The position numbers and the translations under genes are program-made. Below the pieces are notes generated by a model. The model was given only the letters and a program-made list of their open reading frames with translations. It made no database searches and was not told where the DNA came from. From the IMG/VR virus record IMGVR_UViG_3300033150_000902, positions 1 through 60,459 of that record: a DNA stretch of 60,459 nt; one strand, 5' to 3'. The stretch is from a virus (taxonomy: Duplodnaviria > Caudoviricetes). Position 1 is the stretch's first letter; every line of letters starts with the position of its first letter. This document shows, in pieces, positions 39,942 through 47,888 of this stretch.

Positions 39942-41174
39942 GTGAAAGAACCGGGAAAATTTTTTCCAAATTCCCAAATCGAAAGTATTGTCAATCTGAA
40001 CGGGCGTCCTTTGTCTTGTCCTTCTTGCGGGTTGTATAAATACGTCCTTTCCCCGCGAATGGAACCGTTTGGAAAGTTCAAGAAAAAAATTCTGAACATC
40101 GGAGAAGCACCTGGCGAGACGGAGGACAAGAAAGGGAGACAATGGCAGGGTAAAGCAGGGCGGGCGTTGCGGCGAATGTATAGACAGTTGGGAATTGACT
40201 TGTTTGAGGATTGCCTTAACATCAACGCGGTAAACTGCCGTCCCATGACCAAACGCGGAACAAACCGAAGCCCGACATCACATGAGATAGCCTGTTGCAG
40301 AAAACGGGTCTTGGACGTTATAGAACAATACAAGCCGCATGTTATTATATGTCTGGGCAATCCCGCGATTGAATGTTTGATAGGTTATAGATGGAAACGA
40401 AATCTGGGGGGAGTTACAAAGTGGAGAGGTTGGATTATCCCTGATCGTGATTTTCAAGCCTGGATTTGCCCCACTTTCCATCCGAGTTATGTAGAGCGCA
40501 TGGACAGTCAGGATATAGACACTATTTGGAGACGGGATTTAGAAGGGGCTTTGTCCATGCAAGCCGTTCCTTTTCCGAGATTTCCAAATGAAGAGAATCA
40601 GGTAGAGATTATTGACAGTCCAGAACTCCTTGAGCCTTTTCCTGAATTGGTAGCCTTTGATTACGAAACCACCGGACTGAAACCTTATGCTAACGGGCAC
40701 CGCATTGTTTGCGCTTCTATCGCTTACAATGAAAATTATGCGGTCTCTTTTATGATGCCTACAGTCCCTTCTGAGAGAAAAAGATTCATACATTTACTCA
40801 GGGCGAAAGACATCGGCAAAATGGCCCATAACATGAAATTTGAAGAGTCGTGGAGCAAAATCAGGCTCCGTCAACCTGTAGAGAATTGGCAATGGGACTC
40901 AATGCTCGCCGCGCATGTATTGGACAACCGTTCAGGAATCACGGGATTGAAATTCCAAACATACGTGAATTTTGGAGTTGTGGATTATGACAGTGAAATA
41001 AACCCGTACCTAAAGGCAAAAGACGAAAAGAACGGAAACTCCCTGAACAGGGTAAACGAACTGATCGAAAGCGCGAACGGAAGGAAGAAATTACTAACAT
41101 ACTGCGGGCTTGATAGCTTATTTGAATACAAGTTGGCAATGAAGCAAATGAAGGAGATAGGAGTGAAAATATGA
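39942..41174 (+). CDS. Uracil-DNA glycosylase family 4-like domain fused to a PolA 3'-5' exonuclease domain
   Basis: CPSCGL, IGEAPG, NAVNCRP, TFHPSY (UDG4); AFDYETTGL, AHNMKFE, YCGLD (Exo I-III). Confidence 0.85.
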   Translation: MKEPGKFFPNSQIESIVNLNGRPLSCPSCGLYKYVLSPRMEPFGKFKKKILNIGEAPGETEDKKGRQWQGKAGRALRRMYRQLGIDLFEDCLNINAVNCRPMTKRGTNRSPTSHEIACCRKRVLDVIEQYKPHVIICLGNPAIECLIGYRWKRNLGGVTKWRGWIIPDRDFQAWICPTFHPSYVERMDSQDIDTIWRRDLEGALSMQAVPFPRFPNEENQVEIIDSPELLEPFPELVAFDYETTGLKPYANGHRIVCASIAYNENYAVSFMMPTVPSERKRFIHLLRAKDIGKMAHNMKFEESWSKIRLRQPVENWQWDSMLAAHVLDNRSGITGLKFQTYVNFGVVDYDSEINPYLKAKDEKNGNSLNRVNELIESANGRKKLLTYCGLDSLFEYKLAMKQMKEIGVKI

Positions 41175-41542
41175 AAGTAGGACTGTATAATCAGAGAATA
41201 CTTGTAGGTCAAAGGAAAGAGGAGGATGTCCAAATCATTCCGAGATTTATTGATAACGTTTCCTCCCTCCTATCCAATACAAGCCCGATTGAAGAACACA
41301 ATTATTTGCTTGGAAAAGAGAATATTCAGTTACAATATTACATATGTCCTACTTTTAATGTTTGCGTCCTCATTTGGCCGCAAACGAACCTGTTCGTATT
41401 TTATTTGACTTCCCTCAAACAATTGCCAGTGCGTGATATAAACAACCTTATAATGGATTACTTCAACACCGATAAATTTGAGTATTCCGCAAGAACGATA
41501 GAGGAAATAGCAAGCAGCGAGTATTCTAATGCTTCTGATTGA
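41171..41542 (+). CDS. Hypothetical protein, possibly a degenerate AdoMetDC/SpeD-like fold
   Basis: Size and the VLIWPQ...YLTS...IMDYF pattern resemble SpeD, but the ESH cleavage motif is absent. Confidence 0.3.
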   Translation: MKVGLYNQRILVGQRKEEDVQIIPRFIDNVSSLLSNTSPIEEHNYLLGKENIQLQYYICPTFNVCVLIWPQTNLFVFYLTSLKQLPVRDINNLIMDYFNTDKFEYSARTIEEIASSEYSNASD

Positions 41543-42374
41543 TTCAAATAACCTTGCTCACATGGCGAAATACAGCGGCAGAGGTTTGGATAACGGCGTG
41601 GTATATGTTTTCCTGATAGGACTACTGACTCTTTGCCGGTTGTATCAAACCACGGATGTTGTGTTTGCTTGGGACAGTCGAAAATCTCTGCGCCGAAAGT
41701 TGTATGATCCGATGTATAAAAAGACCCGTATAGACGCAAGGGCGGCTAAAGACCAGGCAGAGCAAGAATACGATAAGGAGGCGTTCGCTCAATTTAACGA
41801 GCTCCGACGTTTTGTATTGCCTGATATGGGATTCAGAAATATCTTTCAATTCACCGGATACGAGGCGGATGACATACTCGTTGGATTGTGTAGGGACAAC
41901 CCAGATATTAATAAGATCGTGGTAAGCAGTGATCATGATCTGTTTCAAGTGTTGGCGTATTCTCGTACCGTAATCTATAATCCAAGATCGAAGAAAGAAA
42001 TTAATGCTCAAGAGTTCACGGAACAGAAAGGAATAGACCCTGCTGACTGGCCTATTGTCTTGGCCATTGCCGGCGACCCTGGCGACGGCGTGGTTGGCAT
42101 TAAAGGAATAGGTGAAAAGTATGCTATTAGATATTTGCGGAATGAATTATCCTCGTCTTCCAAGCGTTACAAATTGATCACGGAAAATTGGGATACGGTA
42201 GAGAAGAATATTCCTCTTGTGAAATTGCCTCTTGAAACATGGGATAAGCGAATTGCCTTGAATGAAAATGATATTACCGAGGAACGATTAAGAGCCGTGT
42301 TTTCAAAGTATAAATTTAACTCATTCTTGCATGGGAAGTACCGTCAAGGATGGGAAACGTTGTGTGTTTTGTAA
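41529..42374 (+). CDS. 5'-3' exonuclease / flap endonuclease (PolI N-terminal-like)
   Basis: LLIDSNN, YKKTR, YEADD, SSDHDL, GDPGDGVVGIKGIGEK. Confidence 0.9.
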   Translation: MLLIDSNNLAHMAKYSGRGLDNGVVYVFLIGLLTLCRLYQTTDVVFAWDSRKSLRRKLYDPMYKKTRIDARAAKDQAEQEYDKEAFAQFNELRRFVLPDMGFRNIFQFTGYEADDILVGLCRDNPDINKIVVSSDHDLFQVLAYSRTVIYNPRSKKEINAQEFTEQKGIDPADWPIVLAIAGDPGDGVVGIKGIGEKYAIRYLRNELSSSSKRYKLITENWDTVEKNIPLVKLPLETWDKRIALNENDITEERLRAVFSKYKFNSFLHGKYRQGWETLCVL

Positions 42375-42376
42375 GG

Positions 42377-42709
42377 AAGAAGCCAAGGGGCCAAAGAAAC
42401 CCAGGCTCCCCAAGCGAGCCAATGTTTTGAAGAAACCCACGACGCTCAAGCGAGCCAGTGAAGGGAAGAAACCCATGGTTGAGAAGCGAGCCAACCCACA
42501 CGAGAAGCCCAAGGAGCACGAAGTGAGCCAATAATGCGAAGAAACCCAAAGGCAGAAAGCGAGCCAGGTTTTCCAAGAAACCCAATAAGGATAAGCGAGC
42601 CAGTTATGAAAGAAAAGAAACCCAAAAGCTGAAAGCGCGCCATCGAGCTCAAGAAACCCATGATGACAAAGCGAGCCAAGGTCAATAAGAAACCCAGCGT
42701 AACTAAGCG
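42377..42709 (+). repeat. TIGR-type array 1 (nine 36-nt units; predicted guide-RNA precursor)
   Basis: Alternating AAGCGAGCCA and AAGAAACCCA with unique spacers, mostly 8 nt (e.g. 42412, 42430, 42448); one 9-nt and one 12-nt spacer. Confidence 0.9.
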
Positions 42710-42762
42710 TATCGGCCCTGAAACCTAGAAACCTTTAACCCCAAACAGAAAGGAGTCTTAAA

Positions 42763-43731
42763 ATGGCGAAAGAAGAACTGAAAAAGAAAATCCTGAAAAC
42801 CCAGAACGGACTATGCGTTTTGACAGGAGAACCGCTCCCTGAAGATTTATCCCTGTTGGATACTGATCGGGAACAACAGAAAGCCGAGGGCGGCATCTAT
42901 ACAGAGGATAATACCAGGGTGGTAACTCCAGTGGCGCATATGGCAAGACACGGCAACCTGCGATTACGAGACAAAACATTAGACAAACTGAAAGCTCTTG
43001 TAGATGACCGTGAGCAAACAATGAAGTTATACAACAAGATAAATAACCAATTGCTTGCTTACCAAAGACGAACCGACAACCTTAATAATTCCACAATTGC
43101 TTTTCTTACTGACCATCTTGAATCGGTGGAAAAAGCATTGAAAGAAGTGACAAAAAAGGTTGAGAAGGAAGTGAAAAATCTTGCTAAAGTTAACCCTTTT
43201 GTGGCTACCATTCGGGCCGTCTCGGGTATAGGCGACATAACCGTAGCCTACTGTTTGGTCTATATTATTCTTGAAAAGGCTCCGCATGTATCGAGTTTAT
43301 GGAAGTACGCGGGCCTTCACGCACCTTCGCATAAACGGTATCCGAAAAAAGGAGAAAGTACGAAGGGCGGAGGCGGAAATAAAGCCCTGAGAACGGCGTT
43401 GTGGAATATGGCTAATTCGCAAGAGAAAAACATGAAAGGGGCTTACCGTCCAATATATGATCAGGTAAAAGCAAGGCTGGCGCAAAGTGATAAAATTGTT
43501 GAAACCAGAAATACTCAAGGTGTGCTTGTAAAAGTCCCGTGGAAAGAGGCGAAACCGTGTCACAGGCAAGGCGCGGCAAAGCGGGCGGTTATGAAGCATT
43601 TCCTTGCCGATTACTGGTACGTTGGAAGGACGCTGGCGGGGTTGCCTACAAATCCCCCCTATGCCGAGGCCATACTCGGGAAGGAAGGGCACCGAACAGT
43701 CGATCCGAGAGCAAGAGGATGGGTATTCTGA
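42763..43731 (+). CDS. tasH: TIGR-associated protein, TasH architecture (HNH-like + coiled coil + Nop/IS110 C-terminal domain)
   Basis: QNGLCVLTG...GGIYTEDN...AHMARH (HNH-like); VSGIGDITVA, SSLWKYAGL, GNKALRTALW, AKRAVMKHFL (IS110 Transposase_20/Nop-like); no DEDD RuvC domain; RBS AAGGAG; arrays on both sides. Confidence 0.85.
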   Translation: MAKEELKKKILKTQNGLCVLTGEPLPEDLSLLDTDREQQKAEGGIYTEDNTRVVTPVAHMARHGNLRLRDKTLDKLKALVDDREQTMKLYNKINNQLLAYQRRTDNLNNSTIAFLTDHLESVEKALKEVTKKVEKEVKNLAKVNPFVATIRAVSGIGDITVAYCLVYIILEKAPHVSSLWKYAGLHAPSHKRYPKKGESTKGGGGNKALRTALWNMANSQEKNMKGAYRPIYDQVKARLAQSDKIVETRNTQGVLVKVPWKEAKPCHRQGAAKRAVMKHFLADYWYVGRTLAGLPTNPPYAEAILGKEGHRTVDPRARGWVF

Positions 43732-43781
43732 ATGTGAGTAACGCTTTAAGTAAGATAAAAAAGGAATCCATAATAAATGAA

Positions 43782-43935
43782 AAGCGAGCCACGATCCGTA
43801 AGAAACCCATGGAGGGCAAGCGAGCCACGATCTCGAAGAAACCCAGAGGACAAAAGCGAGCCAATAAACCGAAGAAACCCAACGAGAGGTAGCGAGCCAA
43901 AATTAAAAAGAAACCCAATGCGCTCAAGCGAACCA
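43782..43935 (+). repeat. TIGR-type array 2 (four complete 36-nt units)
   Basis: Edge repeats at 43782, 43818, 43854, 43890 and 43926 (exact 36-nt period) with AAGAAACCCA between them; a degenerate half-unit at 43761. Confidence 0.88.
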
Positions 43936-43980
43936 ATAGCCAATAGAGAGAAAAACCAAATACCCAGGAGGAATTAAAAG

Positions 43981-44346
43981 ATGAAACGTTTTATAGTATC
44001 CGTAATGATTGGTCTATTTGCTACAGGTATTTTTTACATTCCGGCACAGGCGCAAGAAACCATTGATGAAAATAGTTTTGAATATCGTTTATCCATTTGC
44101 GCCAAATTTGAAAAGTTTGCCCGAACGATTATGCGATGTAGACAGAAGGGAGGTTCTTTAACGGAAATGCTTAAAATAGTTGATAAGGCGAATATGTCTG
44201 ACAAAGGAAAAGACGTGTGTAGAATAATTATCCTGATGGCTTTTGAAGAGCCGCGATACATGACAAAAGAAGTGCAACGACGAGCGGAAATACAATTCGG
44301 AAACAGGGTCAGTCGTGAATGTCTAAGCGGTTATTTCGATAAATGA
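43981..44346 (+). CDS. Secreted hypothetical protein
   Basis: Signal peptide ending AQA; RBS AGGAGG. Confidence 0.6.
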   Translation: MKRFIVSVMIGLFATGIFYIPAQAQETIDENSFEYRLSICAKFEKFARTIMRCRQKGGSLTEMLKIVDKANMSDKGKDVCRIIILMAFEEPRYMTKEVQRRAEIQFGNRVSRECLSGYFDK

Positions 44347-44756
44347 TTAGAAATAAAGAAGACATTGAAACAGAAGGCTACTATTGGTTTAGATGGGTAT
44401 CGCCTGATCGGGGGCCGTGTAATTCAACAGTAGCCAAGATAATTGATTTGGGCACACAAAAGAAAGTGTTAATATTTGATGATGAAGGAATAGAGGCATG
44501 GAATTTAGAGAAAATGAGATACCCCCATCAGTTTATTGGTCCTATCTTAAATCCCTTTATAGAAGAAAATAAAGAGCAAATGGACTTAATGACTCAATAC
44601 CTAAAAGACCCGAAATACCGGCGTAGGTACAAGTGGAAAAGGCATTGGCCTCGTTGCATAAAAAAAGGGGGAAAGAACAATGTTATCAAAACTAGCACGA
44701 ATTTCTGCCATTTTCTCTTGAGCATAAATTTTCTGAGGAGTGTTATACATATTTAA
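44343..44756 (+). CDS. Hypothetical protein, chimeric C-terminus
   Basis: EGYYW N-terminal motif; contains a duplicated MDLMTQYLKDPKYRRRYKW segment. Confidence 0.45.
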   Translation: MIRNKEDIETEGYYWFRWVSPDRGPCNSTVAKIIDLGTQKKVLIFDDEGIEAWNLEKMRYPHQFIGPILNPFIEENKEQMDLMTQYLKDPKYRRRYKWKRHWPRCIKKGGKNNVIKTSTNFCHFLLSINFLRSVIHI

Positions 44757-44772
44757 TTAAGGGGATAAAACG

Positions 44773-45516
44773 ATGTACAAATTAACTCAATTAGATGGAA
44801 CAGATTTTTATTCAGGTACGATTAATTATGCTGAAAATATAGGTAAAATCATTCGTGTTAAAGATTATGATGGCCCGGAATTTGGAGTATGTGGCAAGGG
44901 TATTCATGCAAGTCGTAATCCTAACGATTGCTTTATTGAAGCGAAAATACCCTGTCGGGCATTTAGAGTACAGGGGATACAACGTATTGTGGGGAATAAA
45001 AAGAAGTCCCAGTATCAAGCAGTAAAAGTATTGGAGGAAATAACTGATTTGGATAAACTATTTGGCTGGAAGTACTCGGAAGCCATTAATCCTATACATC
45101 CCTTTATGATAAAGTCTCCAAAAATAACAGATGAGCATATTAAGTTATTGGAGAAGTGGACTTCGGTCTGGGATTGGTCTATGTATTCTGTCGTGGCTTC
45201 GGTCAGGGATTTGGTCAGGAATTTGGTCGTGGCTTCGGTCAGGGCTTCGGTTGGCGGGAATTCGATTGTGGTTTCAGTCAGGGCTTCGGCCAGGGATTTA
45301 GTTAGGGCTTCGATCTGGAATACGGTCTGGGCTTATGTAGGTTCTATATTTCCGAATATTAAAAAATGGAAATATGTAAAACATAAACTTGGTGAATATC
45401 CTTTTCAACCCGCAGTGGACTTATGGAAGCAGGGATTTGTACCGTCATTTGATGGCAAGACATGGAGATTGCATGCGTGCAAAAAGTCAAAAGTTTTATG
45501 GGAAGGGGAAATTTAA
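44773..45516 (+). CDS. Phage protein with CG.GIHAS domain and 4-aa (xSVR/W) repeats
   Basis: VCGKGIHASRNPNDCF; 12-bp coding repeats at about 45160-45330. Confidence 0.55.
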   Translation: MYKLTQLDGTDFYSGTINYAENIGKIIRVKDYDGPEFGVCGKGIHASRNPNDCFIEAKIPCRAFRVQGIQRIVGNKKKSQYQAVKVLEEITDLDKLFGWKYSEAINPIHPFMIKSPKITDEHIKLLEKWTSVWDWSMYSVVASVRDLVRNLVVASVRASVGGNSIVVSVRASARDLVRASIWNTVWAYVGSIFPNIKKWKYVKHKLGEYPFQPAVDLWKQGFVPSFDGKTWRLHACKKSKVLWEGEI

Positions 45517-46284
45517 TTTTTTACCAATGTTTGTTATGAAGAAATTAAATTTTGTAAGGCTTGTAGATACACCATTGAAATCAGAATACTTGCAGTTGAG
45601 ATTGAGGATATCATAATTCTAACAAGCAAAACCGACAGCGACGACTCAGCCCTGCCATAAGGAGTATAATAGATGAAAAAAGAAACACTCGAACAAATTA
45701 AAAAAGAACTACAGGAAGAATGTCAATACGATCCTAACGAACCGATTGATTATATTCGCTCGGTAGTAGAAGATCAAGAATGTGAATGTAAAATCACAAA
45801 TAGTGATATTGTAATTTGCCCCTGGTGTCAAATTAAGGCGGCTTTGCAAGCTATAGATAGAAAGGAAGGTGATTGAAAATGAAGGAGCCGTGGGAAATGA
45901 CGAAAAAGGATTTTGAGCTTGACTGGTATGAATATTTTGAGAGGTTTGCGGAGCGTGATCCCAACTTGAGTAAAGTCTTACGTGATCATAAAGAGACGGC
46001 GCAGGACTATGCTCAAGAGAAATTAGAAAACCTTCGTAAAAACAGAGAGCATGAAAAGCTGGTTAGACAGGCCATAAATGAGGGCAAGGCTGTGCCGGAT
46101 GAGGTATTGATAGATTATCCTGATTTAAGGGGATAAGACAGAATGCCAAGAAAAGGAGAATATGGTGGATGATATCCCTTAAATATTAATCTTGTTGAAA
46201 CATGGAAGGAAGAAGCGTGCTCCGTATTTCTCTTGAACACAAATTCTCAGAGTAAGAGCAAGTTGCGCCACATAAGGAGTAAAA

Positions 46285-46422
46285 ATGGACTTAATGACTC
46301 AATACCTGAAAGACCCGAAATACCGTCGCAGGTACAAGTGGGAAAGGTTCAAACTGCGCTGGTCAGAAAGATGGTGGTGCTTGAAACTGAAAATTCGGGC
46401 ACTCCTACAGAGACAAAGGTAA
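46285..46422 (+). CDS. 45-aa basic, Trp-rich protein upstream of the polymerase
   Basis: Hand translation MDLMTQYLKDPKYRRRYKWERFKLRWSERWWCLKLKIRALLQRQR; RBS AAGGAG. Confidence 0.55.
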   Translation: MDLMTQYLKDPKYRRRYKWERFKLRWSERWWCLKLKIRALLQRQR

Positions 46423-46428
46423 TCGGTA

Positions 46429-47823
46429 ATGCAAATCACCGCTACAACAAAAGACGCATACTATTTGCTTCATGAAGGGTCGCTGGCGTTCGCACGCGCC
46501 GAGCAGGTAGGACTTAGGATTGACGTTGAGTACTGTGAAAGACAAAAAGTAATCCTCGACAAAAAAATCAATCGATTGAAAACCAAATTTGAGGAAACGA
46601 AATTCGGCCAAAGGTGGAAGCAGATATACGGAGCAAAATTCAATCTGAACTCCAACCCGCAGTTGTCCTATTGCCTGTATAAAGTTTTGAAAATAGAGCC
46701 TGTCAAACTGACCGATACCGGCATGGGTTCGACTGATGAAGAGGCGTTGTCATCCCTTGAAATGCCCGAATTAGACTTGCTCCTGCAAATTCGTAAACTG
46801 ATAAAAGTCAAAGACACCTATTTGGACTCTCTTATCAGGGAGCAAGTGCGGGGAGTGATTCATCCTTTTTTCAATCTACATACAGTGCGGACTTACCGTT
46901 CAAGTTCTGACAGACCTAATTTTCAGAACATCCCGAAAAGGGATAAGGAGTCCCAAAAGATTGTTCGCGGAGCGATCTATCCCCGCCCTGGCCATCAGTT
47001 ATTGGAAGTTGACTACTCAGGGATAGAGGTCAGGATAGCCGGTGTCTATACGCAGGATGAAAAGTTGATTTACGATACAGTTCATGGGGACATGCACACA
47101 GATATGGCTATTGAATTGTACATGCTTGATTCCCTGAACAAACATCATTCAGGAGAAGCCCAGTTGCGGCAAGGGGCGAAAAACGGTTTTGTTTTCCCTC
47201 AATTCTACGGCGATTATTACGGTAATTGTGTTCCTAACCTTCTTAAATGGGCGAAGGACGCTACTCTTGAGGACGGCACGCCTGCCTTAGTCCATCTGAA
47301 CGATAAAGGATTGGTGAAACTGACCAAAACAGGGAAACTTAGAAACTCGGATAAATTCATGGATCATGTAAAACAAGTTGAAGATCAATTTTGGAATGAT
47401 CGTTATAGAAAATACACTGAGTGGAAAGAAAAGACTTGGAGAAGGTACCAAAAGACAGGATACATCGAATTCCTTAGCGGATTTCGTTGTTCGGGAGTCA
47501 TGCGTAAAAATGAGGTGCTGAACACTCCTATTCAGGGAACGGCCTTTCACTGTCTTTTATGGTCATTTATCCAAGTTGACAAACTTTCCCGGAAAGAGAA
47601 GTGGGATACTAAATTAATTGGGCAAATTCATGACTCAATGCTCTTGGATGTAAATCCAAAAGAACTGAATATGGTGGCTAAGAAGGTGCAAGACATTAGT
47701 TGCAACGAATTATCTAAGGCATGGCCCTGGCTAAACGTACCCCTTGAAGTAGAAGCTGAGATTTGTCCCGTGGATAGACCGTGGGCGGACAAGACAGACT
47801 GGGAAATCCCAAACAATTTTTGA
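46429..47823 (+). CDS. polA: Family A DNA polymerase, polymerase domain only
   Basis: FNLNSNPQL, SSDRPNFQNIP, motif A DYSGIEVR, motif B RQGAKN...YG, NTPIQGTA, motif C IHDS. Confidence 0.92.
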   Translation: MQITATTKDAYYLLHEGSLAFARAEQVGLRIDVEYCERQKVILDKKINRLKTKFEETKFGQRWKQIYGAKFNLNSNPQLSYCLYKVLKIEPVKLTDTGMGSTDEEALSSLEMPELDLLLQIRKLIKVKDTYLDSLIREQVRGVIHPFFNLHTVRTYRSSSDRPNFQNIPKRDKESQKIVRGAIYPRPGHQLLEVDYSGIEVRIAGVYTQDEKLIYDTVHGDMHTDMAIELYMLDSLNKHHSGEAQLRQGAKNGFVFPQFYGDYYGNCVPNLLKWAKDATLEDGTPALVHLNDKGLVKLTKTGKLRNSDKFMDHVKQVEDQFWNDRYRKYTEWKEKTWRRYQKTGYIEFLSGFRCSGVMRKNEVLNTPIQGTAFHCLLWSFIQVDKLSRKEKWDTKLIGQIHDSMLLDVNPKELNMVAKKVQDISCNELSKAWPWLNVPLEVEAEICPVDRPWADKTDWEIPNNF

Positions 47824-47876
47824 TTTTTTTCATTTTTTTCGCCACGAAATGAAAAAAAATTATATAATATATGTAG
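47824..47876 (+). promoter_or_regulatory. Second copy of the phage promoter/operator motif
   Basis: CATTTTTTTCGCCACGAAATGAAAAAAAATTATATAATATATGTAGA, near-identical to 37490-37535. Confidence 0.7.
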
Positions 47877-47888
47877 AGGCACGATAGA

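Noticed and set aside
42316-42685. Short ORFs over the arrays (LAR...GF and KRA...KKP repeats), also at 43646-43977
   Set aside because: By-products of the 36-nt period; they occur in several frames on both strands.
42763-43731. Ordinary IS110 transposase / insertion sequence
   Set aside because: Only the C-terminal IS110-like motifs are present; the DEDD RuvC domain is replaced by an HNH-like segment, and the flanks are periodic arrays.
42377-43935. CRISPR array
   Set aside because: Repeats are two alternating 10-mers with about 8-nt spacers, not one long repeat with about 30-nt spacers; no cas1/cas2 or effector genes.
45160-45330. Non-coding repeat array
   Set aside because: 12-bp units are in frame within 44773..45516 and encode xSVR/W repeats.
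44578-46347. Diversity-generating retroelement TR/VR pair
   Set aside because: The four mismatches are not adenine-specific and no reverse transcriptase is present in the window.
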